A stretch of DNA of 64,000 bases from Escherichia phage P-GXEC-L2P5. Below, piece after piece: positions 38,789 to 49,432 of this stretch (the stretch's first letter is position 1; every line of letters starts with the position of its first letter). The stretch is from the sequence record PQ843332.1. One strand, 5' to 3'. The translations under genes were made by a program, and so were the position numbers. The notes under the pieces were generated by a model. The model searched no databases. It was not told the DNA's origin and saw only the letters and a program-made list of their open reading frames with translations.

Positions 38789-40691
38789 ATGACCGTTAAC
38801 GTTGACAACCAGCACCCGCTCTATGCGCGCATAGCGCCAGAGTGGAAAATGATCCGTGACTGCGTAGCAGGGGAGCGCGCCGTGAAGGCGTGCGGGCCAT
38901 TGTACCTGCCACACCCCGCAAGCGGGGACACCACCGACCCGAAATCACGGGCACGCTATAAGGCATATAAGCAACGCGCTGTCTTCCTGAACGCCACCGC
39001 CCGCACACTGAATGCGCTGTTAGGTGTCGCCTTCGCCAAACCGGTGAGTATGGACCTTTCCGGGGCAATGGCTGACCTGATTGATGACGTAGACGGCAGC
39101 GGGATGCCACTGGCGCAACTACTGCGCGGCGCTATGTCGGAAGTGCTGCAATCAGGCCGTGCCGGTTTTATGGTGGACTACGACCGCCAGGCGCATTTTG
39201 ACGAACTGGGTAACGTAGTGCCGCAGACCGCCGCTGAAATGGCGGCACACCGCCCGCTTATCCGCCTGTATACGGCTGAACAGATCATCAACTGGCGGCG
39301 CAGACCGCCGCTGAAATGGCAGCACACCGCCCGCTTATCCGCCTGTATACGGCTGAACAGATCATCAACTGGCGGCAGACCCACGGGGTAGACACGCTAA
39401 TCGTGCTGAAGGAGACGGACGAAATCAGCACCGAAGACCCGGACGACTTCGCAAACCACGAAGTTACGATCTGGACCGAGTGCTGAAGGAGACGGACGAA
39501 ATCAGCACCGAAGACCCGGACGACTTCGCAAACCACGAAGTAACGATCTGGACCGAGCTTCGCATGATTGCAGGTGCGGCACATGCCCGCCGCTGGTTTT
39601 ACAACGCGGACACGTCCGAGGTGCAAATGGACTTGCCGCGGGGATTCACCCGCACCGATCTTGTACCGCTGGTGGATGCCTCCGGTAATGCGCTTACTCA
39701 ACTGCCATTTTGCTGGTGTGGTGCGGTGGACAACAACGCGACACCGGACGCCGCACCGCTGGCGGATATTGCGTCCATCAACATTAAGCACTACAACGCC
39801 GAGTGGACAACAACGCGACGCCGGACGCCGCACCGCTGGCGGATATTGCGTCCATCAACATTAAGCACTACAACGCCGAAGCAGACGTCGCCGAGATTGC
39901 GCACATTGTGGGCCAACCTACACTCATTGCGACCGGTCTGACCCAATCATGGGCCGATAAAAACCTGAAGGGAGGCATCGCGCTCGGTGCAACTAAGGGC
40001 GTTATCTTGGGCCAGAACATGGACGCTAAACTGCTTCAAGCTGAGGAGAGAAACCTGTCAGTTGCGCTGTGTGAGCGACGCGAATTGCAAATGGCTAAAC
40101 TGGGCGCGGCCCTGGTCGAGAAGGGGGAAACCTGTCAGTTGCGCTGTGTGAGCGACGCGAGTTGCAAATGGCTAAACTGGGCGCGGCCCTGGTCGAGAAG
40201 GGGACCGCACCTAAGACGGCAACTGAAGCGGCCTACGATGCGCAGACTGATAACAGTATCCTGTCACTGATTGCCGGTAACGTTGAGAAGGCTTTCAACC
40301 GTGCGCTGCAGATCGTCAAGCTGTTCACGGGGGACACCGCAGATCAACGTGTAACGCTGAATAAGTTCTACACCGAGATCACGGTGGATGCACAGCTTAT
40401 GACCGCAATGATGGCGGGTGTGCAGACCGGTACGGTCCGTCTGGCGGACTTTATCAAGTGGATGATGCACAGCTTATGACCGCGATGATGGCGGGTGTGC
40501 AGACCGGTACGGTCCGTCTGGCGGACTTTATCAAGTGGATGATGGCCCAGGGCGTTATTGATGACTCGCAAACCGTCGAGCAGGTGGAAGACGAACTGCG
40601 AAATCAGAATCCATTGCCTCAAATGTCCCCGGATGCGGTAGAATCTACCGAAGAAGACCAGGACAAGGTAGCGGACAATGGCGAAGACAAT
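38789..40691 (+). CDS. portal protein (frame broken by five duplications between about 39260 and 40500)
   Basis: About 560 aa after removing duplicates; position directly after terminase large subunit; acidic C-terminus. Confidence 0.55.
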
Positions 40692-42012
40692 TAATCAATA
40701 TATGGCGGATCGAATGATCCGCCGTCACATCTTCACCCAGCGCCTTAGCAATGACCAGGCGCGAAGGGTGCTGTCCATGTGGGAGAAGTTCCGGCCCACA
40801 TTACTGGGAAAGCTGACCGAGTTGCTTGATGGCAAATCGTCAATGAATAACAGGGCACTTTCCACCCTGCTAACGCAAATCGACAAGACCGTTAAATCAG
40901 AATTGCGCACCGAGTTTAAGGCGTTGGCTGAAAGCCTTCAGGAGTTCGCCGACACGGAGGCTGATTATCTCACCGACACATTAACGGCAGCGATCCAGCC
41001 GGTGGTGAAAGCCTTCAGGAGTTTGCCGACACGGAGGCTGATTATCTCACCGACACATTAACGGCAGCGATCCAGCCGGTGGTCGCTGTACCTGCGGTCG
41101 AGGTGGTTGGCGTAGTGACCGGTGCGCAGATCGCAGCGACGGCAATGAAAAACCCGTTTCAGGGCAATACCCTGATGCAATGGCCCGATTCACTTTCAGA
41201 ATGGACCAGGACGCAGATCGGCAATCAGGTGCGCGCGGGATTCATCCAGGGTAAGCCGACTTTGGAAATTATAGCGGACGTGAGGCGCGCGCTCGGCGGT
41301 CGTAGTGCGCAAGCTCTCTCAAGCGTTGTTAAGTCCGCAGTCAACCACTATGCGGCGACCGCCCGCGAACTAATGGTAAAAGCAAATGACGATATTCTCG
41401 AAGGTCGCCAACAGCAGTCAACCACTATGCGGCGACCGCCCGCGAACTAATGGTAAAAGCAAATGACGATATTCTCGAAGGTCGCCAATGGTTATCTACA
41501 TTGGACACGCATACTTCTCCCATGTGCCAGCTACGCGATCGCCTGTTTTATCCGGTTGATGTTACTCCCGACACCAAAGGAAAGCGCGGCGGGAAAATGG
41601 TGGCTGGGTCACAATATGGCGCTGGTCCGGGCAAGTTGCATTATTGCTGCCGGTCTACGGAGACGTGGAAGGTTAAAGGCATGGAAGATTGGCCCAGTGG
41701 TAAGCGGGCAAGTTGCATTATTGTTGCCGGTCTACGGAGACGTGGAAGGTTAAAGGCATGGAAGATTGGCCCAGTGGTAAGCGTCCGGCACTGAAGGCTG
41801 ACGCTGGTCGATTGCTGAGTGAGCAGGTCGACGCGCAGACTGATTTCTTCTCATGGGTGCAGCGCCAGCCGCGCCATATCCTGGAAGAATTATACGGAGT
41901 GCAACGCGCCGACCAGATTATGCGCGGCGTGAAAGTGCCGAAGATGTTCACCGATTCAGGCGAACTAATGACTATCGCACAGCTTAAAAACCGGGGGTTA
42001 TGGCGTGATTAA
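40678..42012 (+). CDS. head morphogenesis protein, Mu F / SPP1 gp7-like (frame broken by duplications near 40960-41080, 41340-41460 and 41640-41760)
   Basis: WLSTLDTHTSPMCQLRDRLFY signature region; position after portal. Confidence 0.6.
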
Positions 42013-42334
42013 ATATGCAGCGATTGGACTGATTATCGGTCTGGCGGTAGGATTCTGGCTAGGTGACTCCTATCGCACTGGCGTAGTGGCGGAGGCGGCG
42101 CAAGAAGCGCAAGCCCAAGCCCAACGGCAGCAAACTAAAGTTGTTGAGCGCTCCGTGCAGGCCGAACAAGCCCGCGACGTAGAATACCGGACTATCACGA
42201 AAGAGGTTGTTAAATATGTTACGCGCCCTAACCGCCCTGATTGTAGTTTTGATGCTGAGCGCGTGCGGATCAAGCAACGCGCCGTTGATGCCGCTAACGG
42301 AGTCGGCACTGCGACCGCCGTGCAAGTTCGATAA
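42005..42334 (+). CDS. Rz-like inner-membrane spanin candidate
   Basis: N-terminal TM helix IKYAAIGLIIGLAVGFWLG then Gln/Ala-rich coiled coil; embedded lipoprotein ORF in +1 frame. Confidence 0.45.
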   Translation: MIKYAAIGLIIGLAVGFWLGDSYRTGVVAEAAQEAQAQAQRQQTKVVERSVQAEQARDVEYRTITKEVVKYVTRPNRPDCSFDAERVRIKQRAVDAANGVGTATAVQVR

Positions 42335-42440
42335 CCCGTCTGCGGACCCCGACGAAGATTTGATGATTGATGTTAAAAATATGGAATGCGGGGGCCGTGC
42401 AAGTTCGATAGCCCGTCTGCGGACCCCGACGAAGATTTGA
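42207..42440 (+). CDS. Rz1-like outer-membrane lipoprotein spanin candidate, embedded in and extending past Rz-like gene (C-terminus affected by duplication near 42300-42440)
   Basis: Signal peptide MLNMLRALTALIVVLMLSACGSS with lipobox LSAC; Pro-rich mature part. Confidence 0.45.
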   Translation: MLNMLRALTALIVVLMLSACGSSNAPLMPLTESALRPPCKFDNPSADPDEDLMIDVKNMECGGRASSIARLRTPTKI

Positions 42441-42475
42441 TGATTGATGTTAAAAATATGGAATGCGGGGCGAAG

Positions 42476-42700
42476 CTAAGGGCGCAGGTGCTGGAGTTGC
42501 AGCAAATAATTAAGGGGCCGTAATGGCCCCTTTTTCGTTAGCGCGGCGAATGTGCGAATGCCGTCCGGCATACAGTCCAGCGTGATTGCGTACGCCAGAT
42601 CGCGTGAGTCCATCATGATTTGTTTGGCTTCGGTTGCGATTTCGTGGTCGCGCAGGATGTTAGCCAGGATCTGATGTTTAATATCTTTCGTCAGTCTCAT
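42476..42700 (-). CDS. hypothetical small protein on minus strand within head module
   Basis: 74 aa ORF; 3' end runs into the terminator hairpin, so true stop is uncertain. Confidence 0.3.
   Translation of the reverse strand: MRLTKDIKHQILANILRDHEIATEAKQIMMDSRDLAYAITLDCMPDGIRTFAALTKKGPLRPLNYLLQLQHLRP
42512..42537 (+). terminator. bidirectional rho-independent terminator (aaggggccgtaatggcccc + ttttt)
   Basis: Perfect GC stem with A-run before and T-run after. Confidence 0.6.
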
Positions 42701-42771
42701 TTTTGTGTCCTCATTATTGGGGCTTTCGCCCCGATTGGTTTAGTTAAATTTGATGTTGCCGCTGGTTGAGG

Positions 42772-43131
42772 TTAAGCGAGCACATACAGCTTCAACGGCA
42801 TCGACGCACATGAAATCGTTAAAGGCTTCGACCAGCCACCGGTGGAAGTTAAGCGGGCACATACAGCTTCAACGGCATCGACGCACATGAAATCGTTAAA
42901 GGCTTCGACCAGGGCGTTTATGAAAGATGCCGGAACCAGGCCGCAAGCCGGATTATCGAATATCGCGGAGTTGATCGCCGCTTTTGCCGCTTCAGAAGCA
43001 TTCATGCTCTGGCACAGATTCAGCGCTTCCGCGTTACGCATTGCGTGAAAGGTAAAGGTATTCGCTACGGTAGCTTTATTGAAACGGGCCATTGCGGCGT
43101 CTACTGGAGTTGCTACGGTCATGTTAGTCAT
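42772..43131 (-). CDS. hypothetical protein on minus strand (frame affected by diverged duplication near 42768-42912)
   Basis: Start ATG 43131 with AGGAAG RBS; ATTGGTTGCACACCAACA about 28 nt upstream. Confidence 0.35.
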   Translation of the reverse strand: MTNMTVATPVDAAMARFNKATVANTFTFHAMRNAEALNLCQSMNASEAAKAAINSAIFDNPACGLVPASFINALVEAFNDFMCVDAVEAVCARLTSTGGWSKPLTISCASMPLKLYVLA

Positions 43132-43348
43132 TTTGTCTTCCTTCATATCTCTGTTGGTGTGCAACCAATTCCAGCAGCGCAAGCGAATTTTGCGATTATT
43201 TTTATCACTGATAATATTAAGGCGTGAAGTCAAGCGGGTGGCCCGCTTTGCCACAATCAGCGAATTTTGCGATTATTTTTATCGCTGATAATATTAAGGC
43301 GTGAAGTCAAGCGGGTGGCCCGCTTTGCCACAATCCCAGGGGGATAGC

Positions 43349-44050
43349 ATGAAACTTACTAAAGCAGAATATGACGCGTTGCCAGAAGGCATGAAGGCTT
43401 TATTTGTTGCCGATGGCGATGGGTATAAATCCACGTTCATGACCGCCGAAGAAGTACAGGCGGAGATCAAGGGTCTGAAAGACAACAACGCGAAGCTGGT
43501 TAGCGAGAAGAAAGCAGAAGCCGAACGTCGCGCCGAAGCCGAGCGCCTTGCGAAAGAGAAAGAGGAAGCCGCCGCGCGCAAAAATGGCGACCTCGAAGCG
43601 ATCGATAAGTCCTGGAAAGATAAGTTCGCAAAACATGAAGCGGACACATCGGGGAAGATCGAAGCCTACCGCAAGCAGATCCACGACCTAACCATCGGCA
43701 GCGCTGCCAAAGATTTGGCCTCGAAGCTGTTCGGTAAGAATGCCGGCATCATGCAACGCCACGTTATGGACCGCCTCACGCTGGAAGACGGCGAGGACGG
43801 CAGCTTGAAGGTGCGGGTACTGAAGGACGGCAAACCCTCCGCGCTGACTATGGAAGAGCTAGAAAAAGAGTTCCGTAGTAACGCCGATTTTGCATCCGTC
43901 CTGGCTGGCACGCCAGCCGGTGGTGCTCCGAGCAAACCGACGCAGGTCGTCGAAGATGTGAAGTCGAAAATCACTATGGGACACAGCTTCGGTATCACTG
44001 ACTTGACGAAACAGGCCGGGGATATCATTGCTAAAATGGGCGACGAGTAA
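43349..44050 (+). CDS. scaffolding-like protein (coiled coil, upstream of major capsid gene)
   Basis: MKLTKAEYDALPEGMKALF then Lys/Glu/Ala-rich helix; GGGGGA RBS; position before capsid gene. Confidence 0.45.
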   Translation: MKLTKAEYDALPEGMKALFVADGDGYKSTFMTAEEVQAEIKGLKDNNAKLVSEKKAEAERRAEAERLAKEKEEAAARKNGDLEAIDKSWKDKFAKHEADTSGKIEAYRKQIHDLTIGSAAKDLASKLFGKNAGIMQRHVMDRLTLEDGEDGSLKVRVLKDGKPSALTMEELEKEFRSNADFASVLAGTPAGGAPSKPTQVVEDVKSKITMGHSFGITDLTKQAGDIIAKMGDE

Positions 44051-44147
44051 GCAGGCCGCCCGCGAAAGCGGGCGATTTTGCGAGCGCGTAAATCTAAGGT
44101 AACATTAACGGCACTGGGCGAATGCTCACAACTCAAAGGATTCTAAT

Positions 44148-45325
44148 ATGTCTTTAACAGTGTTCCAGCGTAAACTCGTCACCGCGGTTACGCAAATGAT
44201 TCCCGATAACCTGAACGTGTTCAACGCTGCCGCTAACGGCGCTGTTGTTCTCGGTACGGGTGAAGTGCTTAAGGACGTTGTAGAAAAAATGTCCGTAGGC
44301 TTGATCGCCAACCTCGTTACCGACCGTAACGCCTATGCCCCTGTCGGTACACCGGCAACCGCAAAAGTGCTGGCGCGTATGCTGACCAACTCGGTTAACC
44401 TTTCCGCGAAAGTGGGTCCGGTTGCGATCACGAAGGCCATGATGGCTAAAATCGAAACCAACGTTAACAGCGTTGCGGCTGAGATTGCGGCACAGGCAAC
44501 TCAAGCGATTATGCTGCACTATCTGAAAGCTGGTATCGGCGCGGGTAAAGCGGCTATCGAAAGCAACACAGCGGCAAACTACACCCAACCGGCTCGCGTT
44601 GACGGCGTTGGCGGTCGTACATTCCCGACCCTGGCAGACTTCCCGCTGGCGGCTTCTAAGTTCGGCGATCAGGCGTCTTTGATTAAGTCCTGGTTTATGG
44701 ATGGCGTTACCTGGGCAAACTTCATCGCTTACCAGGCGCTTCCATCTGCCGAGCAGGTATTCGCGATCGGCGATCTGCAGGTAATGGGCGATGGTCTGGG
44801 CCGCCGTTTCATTATCTCCGATGCCGCTGCCGATGCAATGGGCGCGGGTAAAATGCTGGGTCTGGTCCCTGGCGCGGTTGCAGTTACCACCAACGGCCTT
44901 GATATGCTGGCGCAGGAGGCGCGGGTAAAATGCTGGGCCTGGTCCCTGGCGCGGTTGCAGTTACCACCAACGGCCTTGATATGCTGGCGCAGGAAAAAGG
45001 CGGTAACGAGAACATTGAGCGCTGGTGGCAGGGCGAGTTCGACTTCAACGTGGCTGTTAAAGGCTATCGTCTGAAGGCGTCCGCTCGTACTCCGATCGAA
45101 GGGGTACGCTCGTTCACGCTGTCCGATATCACCACTAAGGACAACTGGGAGCTGGATCAGGGCCAGGTAGACAACGCACCGGCAACCGTTCAGGACGTTG
45201 GTGCGGTGGGTGATGGCGATACTAAAGTCCGTCGTAAGACCCAGGCCGCACAGGCAGTGCCTACCCGTCACATCAAGGAAACGGCGGGCGTACTGGTTAC
45301 GCTGACTGCGACCACAGCGTCCTAA
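44148..45325 (+). CDS. major capsid protein candidate (frame broken by duplication near 44860-44995)
   Basis: About 365 aa after removing duplicate; position after scaffold, followed by strong terminator. Confidence 0.5.
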
Positions 45326-45339
45326 CAGGCGCACATCCC

Positions 45340-45370
45340 AAAGGGGCGGGCTTATGCCCGCCTTTTTTAT
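45340..45370 (+). terminator. rho-independent terminator (aaaggggcgggcttatgcccgcc + tttttt); duplicated copy near 45418-45448
   Basis: Stem-loop plus T-run after capsid gene. Confidence 0.6.
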
Positions 45371-45460
45371 AGGAGTGAATACAATGTATGGCGACCCGCA
45401 AACATTTGTCGATTACAAATGGGCGGGCTTATGCCCGCCTTTTTTATAGGAGTGAATGAA

Positions 45461-45961
45461 ATGTATGGCGACCCGCAAACATTTGTCGATTATGCCGCGG
45501 CGCGAGGCGTTGAAGTCACGCTGAGCGATGCAACGCGACACCTTACCGTAGTTAATGACTTCCTTAACGGCATCAACTGGATCGGAGAACCCGCAGACCA
45601 GACCGGAATCGACGCATGGCCTCGCATCAATTACCAATCGGACGGTAAGCCGGTGCGCGACACGCTCACTGACGTCGTGGCAGTAGTGCCCGCAGGGCAG
45701 ATCGTAGATTTTGCATCAATCCCCATTGCCGTCGAGCAAGCCGTTTACAGGTTGGCGATGTTGGTGGCGGACGAGGTCGATATTTCTCCTGTTGGCAGTG
45801 GTAAGGAGACTATCCGCGAAACTGTCGGCCCGATCACGATGGAATATGACCCTGCGACGATTGGTAGCGGTGTCTCGTTCCCGTGGTGGGATGGCTTGCT
45901 GGGCCACTGGATTGACTCAGACGGCAACGCAGCGGGTAATTTTGATGTATTCCGGGGGTAA
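45461..45961 (+). CDS. hypothetical head-tail joining region protein
   Basis: 166 aa ORF (MYGDPQTF...) between capsid and tail genes. Confidence 0.35.
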   Translation: MYGDPQTFVDYAAARGVEVTLSDATRHLTVVNDFLNGINWIGEPADQTGIDAWPRINYQSDGKPVRDTLTDVVAVVPAGQIVDFASIPIAVEQAVYRLAMLVADEVDISPVGSGKETIRETVGPITMEYDPATIGSGVSFPWWDGLLGHWIDSDGNAAGNFDVFRG

Positions 45962-46136
45962 TATGAATCCTGCATTACTGGCGGCTATTATCGCCGCAAA
46001 TACTAAACGCCAACCAGAACCGGGTATTCCGGGGGTGATATGAATCCTGCATTACTGGCGGCTATTATCGCCGCAAATACTAAACGCCAACCAGAACCGG
46101 AACCAGCGCCAGAACCGGAACCACCGGTACAGGAGG

Positions 46137-46496
46137 ATGATAATGGCGGGCTTTAATTACGCTGGGTTAAAGCGGAAAGTCAATCCGCTGATTAAAAAGT
46201 TCGGCATGACGGCTACGGTGACGCGTCCGGGGTCGGTTGACCGCGTAGACGGCGACGAAGTGATAATCCCGCCAACGTCGTTCGACGTCATCGGTCTTCG
46301 AGAGGAGTACAAGCCAAGCGAGATCGACGGGACGCGTATCGTTGCCGGTGATGTGAAGTTTTTGTGTCAGGCCGTCAAGCAGGTAAAGGTCGGGGATTTG
46401 GTTAGCCTGAACAATACAGACTACCGGGTTATCAATCCAAACCCCCTGCAACCGGCGGGCCAGACCATGCTGTTTCAACTACAGCTAAGGGGCTAA
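46137..46496 (+). CDS. hypothetical structural protein (head-tail connector region)
   Basis: 119 aa intact ORF in morphogenesis operon. Confidence 0.35.
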   Translation: MIMAGFNYAGLKRKVNPLIKKFGMTATVTRPGSVDRVDGDEVIIPPTSFDVIGLREEYKPSEIDGTRIVAGDVKFLCQAVKQVKVGDLVSLNNTDYRVINPNPLQPAGQTMLFQLQLRG

Positions 46497-46497
46497 C

Positions 46498-47243
46498 GTG
46501 GCTGAAGTCTACTCATTCGCCGCCACTATTGCTACATGGGTGGATAAGACGAAGGAGAACAACGATAAGATAACGTGGCTGAAGTCTACTCATTCGCCGC
46601 CACTATTGCTACGTGGGTGGATAAGACGAAGGAGAACAACGATAAGGCGGTGCGGGCGTACGGAATGCAAATACTCGGACGCCTTATTGAGATCTCCCCG
46701 GTGGGCGACCCTCGCCGGTGGAAAATTAACAAGGCTTATGCAATGGCCCGCCAGCACGCGAACAAGGTGAACGCCGCACAGCGCCGCAAGAATGGCGGCA
46801 AACTGAAGCGCGGGCAGAAGAAGCACGCCAGTGTGCTGGTATCATTCAAGACTAAAAACGGCAATGTGACATTCCGCCAGCGCGGCTGGGCCGCGAAGAA
46901 CTACACCGGGGGGCGCTTCCGGGGGAACTGGCAGGTGACATTTGATCGCCCGGCTGTCGGTGCTATTGACCGCGTTGACAAGGCCGGAACGGCAACATTA
47001 GCCGCGGGGCGTGAAGTGCTGGCGCATTACGATTCGAGTGAATACGGGTCGATCTGGTTTACTAACAACGTGCCATACGCGCAGCGACTTGAGTATGGCT
47101 GGAGTAAACAACCGGTGAATACGGGTCGATCTGGTTTACTAACAACGTGCCATACGCGCAGCGACTTGAGTATGGCTGGAGTAAACAAGCGCCCGCGGGG
47201 ATTGTTCGCGTCGTAGCGGCAGAAATTAATTCGAAGGTGAAAT
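46498..47243 (+). CDS. hypothetical neck / tail completion protein (frame broken by duplications near 46500-46640 and 47060-47180)
   Basis: GTG start at 46498 immediately after upstream stop; stop TAA 47241-47243 abuts next ATG. Confidence 0.35.
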
Positions 47244-47244
47244 A

Positions 47245-47744
47245 ATGAGCAATACCGCAATCCGCAAAGCGCTTAACAGCGTGGTAGAAGAGTTATCGGT
47301 AAGCCTGAGCACTAGCCAGCGCCCGATCCAGGTTAACTGGGAGAACGTGAGCGGCGACCACGCAAACGGCAGCGGTGTCTACCTGGAGCCGTACCTGCTA
47401 CCGGCAGGGTTAACTGGGAGAACGTGAGCGGCGACCACGCAAACGGCAGCGGTGTCTACCTGGAGCCGTACCTGCTACCGGCCCCGACCCAGTTTGTGGG
47501 CTTACAGCAGAAGGGCCGGATCTATGCTGGCGTATATCAGGTTGCCGTAGTGTTTCCCGCGGGCACTGGTACACAGTATGCGAGCGAACTGGCGGACGCC
47601 ATCGCGACGTCGGATAAATGGCAGGCCGTAAGGATTTCCGGAGCGGCCTTCCAGCTTCAGGACTCGCCTTATACCAGTTCGGTGGTCGAGGACGTTGATC
47701 GCGCCCGCATCGTGGTTACAGTCCCCTACACCTGTTGCGCCTGA
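47245..47744 (+). CDS. hypothetical tail terminator-like protein (frame broken by duplication near 47330-47460)
   Basis: ORF directly upstream of major tail protein gene. Confidence 0.35.
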
Positions 47745-47805
47745 TTTGGCGCAATTATGCGCGTGCTGTATCATTAAACCGTATATCTAAACAGGAGCGT
47801 TCATT

Positions 47806-48531
47806 ATGGGTTATCAACTTCCTAACGGGTCCAGCGTGCAGATCGGGTCCGTATTGGGTGCAGGCATCGCAGTTACGGCAGCGACCAACGCCGCGGCGTC
47901 AATCTCCGATCTTACGCAAGGCTGCGTTATCACCTGCGCGGAGTCGCATGGTCTTGCTGTGGGAGACGTGGTTATGTTCACTAAAACCCCGTGGGTACGT
48001 GCGCTTAACCGCGCGTTCATCGTGGGTAAAGTGGATGCTAACGACGTGACGCTGGCGCGCTTCGATACTCAAGACGTAACCAAATACCCGACCGGTGCTT
48101 TCGGCGTAGGCACACCGGGTGAGGTGGTGAAGGTGTCGAGCTTTATCGACTTCCCGTTTATCACTAACGTTGGTGTGTCGGGTGGCGACCAGCAGACCAC
48201 CACCTTCCAGCCGTTGCAGGTGAATACCGCGATCAGTCTGAACACCACGAAAAACCCGTTGGTCCAGACCTACACTTTCACCCACGACGAAGAAGACCCG
48301 ATCCGCCCGATTCTGGAAGACCTGGACGACACACAGAAAACCACTGTGATTAAGTTCACCAACCCGGCAGCGGCAAGCGGCAAAGGTGAGATCCGCATTT
48401 ACCCGGCTAAGGTGTCTTTCCAGAAGATTCCATCTGCTGAAGTAAACAACGTGGAGACGGTGGAGTCCACCCTCACTATGCAGTCCGATATGGTTATTTA
48501 CCGTAAGGACTTGGTCGAGGCGCTGTCGTAA
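47806..48531 (+). CDS. major tail protein candidate
   Basis: Intact 241 aa ORF; position directly upstream of G/GT chaperone genes; followed by terminator. Confidence 0.5.
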   Translation: MGYQLPNGSSVQIGSVLGAGIAVTAATNAAASISDLTQGCVITCAESHGLAVGDVVMFTKTPWVRALNRAFIVGKVDANDVTLARFDTQDVTKYPTGAFGVGTPGEVVKVSSFIDFPFITNVGVSGGDQQTTTFQPLQVNTAISLNTTKNPLVQTYTFTHDEEDPIRPILEDLDDTQKTTVIKFTNPAAASGKGEIRIYPAKVSFQKIPSAEVNNVETVESTLTMQSDMVIYRKDLVEALS

Positions 48532-48561
48532 TTTGGTCGCTTAAATAGCGGGTGTTAATAT

Positions 48562-48587
48562 GGGGCCAGTACGGCCCCTTTTTTATT
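48562..48587 (+). terminator. rho-independent terminator (ggggccagtacggcccc + tttttt)
   Basis: Perfect stem plus T-run. Confidence 0.6.
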
Positions 48588-48600
48588 GGAGAATTACATA

Positions 48601-48963
48601 ATGGCTAAATCACCACTCTTCACACTTGACCCTAAGCCGACCTTTAAGCTACCGATTGAGATCCCGCGCCCCGGAGAAAACGAACCTGGCAAAATGACGT
48701 TTACCGTGCGCCACCGTCCGATCGACGAGTTTTCGCAGACCATGCAGGATACTGAGCGCAAGTTGTCAGAATATGACGACAATGACCCGGACGGCTTTAA
48801 TGTTATGGTCGAGGCCATCATGCACGTCGCAGAAGGCTGGAATCTGCCGGACGAATTTAACGCGGAGAACGTCCGCCGCCTGGTGGTCAACTACCCGCGC
48901 GCGTTCGGCGTGTTCCATACGTCGTACTACCTCGAATTGATGGGGTTGCGTGAAAAAAACTAA
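48601..48963 (+). CDS. tail assembly chaperone, lambda gpG-like
   Basis: 120 aa ORF (MAKSPLFTLDPKPTF...) with GGAGA RBS; ends with slippery A-AAA-AAC then TAA. Confidence 0.6.
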   Translation: MAKSPLFTLDPKPTFKLPIEIPRPGENEPGKMTFTVRHRPIDEFSQTMQDTERKLSEYDDNDPDGFNVMVEAIMHVAEGWNLPDEFNAENVRRLVVNYPRAFGVFHTSYYLELMGLREKN

Positions 48964-49432
48964 TTGAGGCGGCGCGGCGCTTTTATGGCCCGCCCACTTC
49001 GTACTATCTCGAACTGATGGGATTGCGTGAAAAAAACTAATTGAGGCGGCGCGACGCTTTTATGGCCCGCCGCCACCCTCCGAAGATTTAGCCGCGAGTT
49101 TATGGGGCGCGGCCCCTGAAGATGTTTGCCCACCAGTTGCGCTATGGCCCGACAACGCGAAGGTAGTCGCCGTCTTCACGGATTGCTCCACGCAATGGCG
49201 CACCGGATTCGGCGGCGCATACGGCATCGACTACGGCGTACTGGAATGGCTTTTTAAGATGCACGGCATCGAAAACGCGCCGGATTCGGTGGCGCATACG
49301 GCATCGACTACGGCGTACTGGAATGGCTATTTAAGATGCACGGCATCGAAAACGCGCAACGTGCGTTTAAAGATATCAAGCTAATGGAACGCGTTGCGCT
49401 GGATGAAATGGCGCGGCAGAACCCCGCATAAC
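48954..49432 (+). CDS. gpT-like extension reached by -1 frameshift from the G-like gene (region contains duplications near 48937-49080 and 49180-49330)
   Basis: The -1 frame after AAAAAAC reads KKLIEAARRFYGPPPPSEDLAASLWGAAPEDV... and ends ...KLMERVALDEMARQNPA-stop at 49432. Confidence 0.5.
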
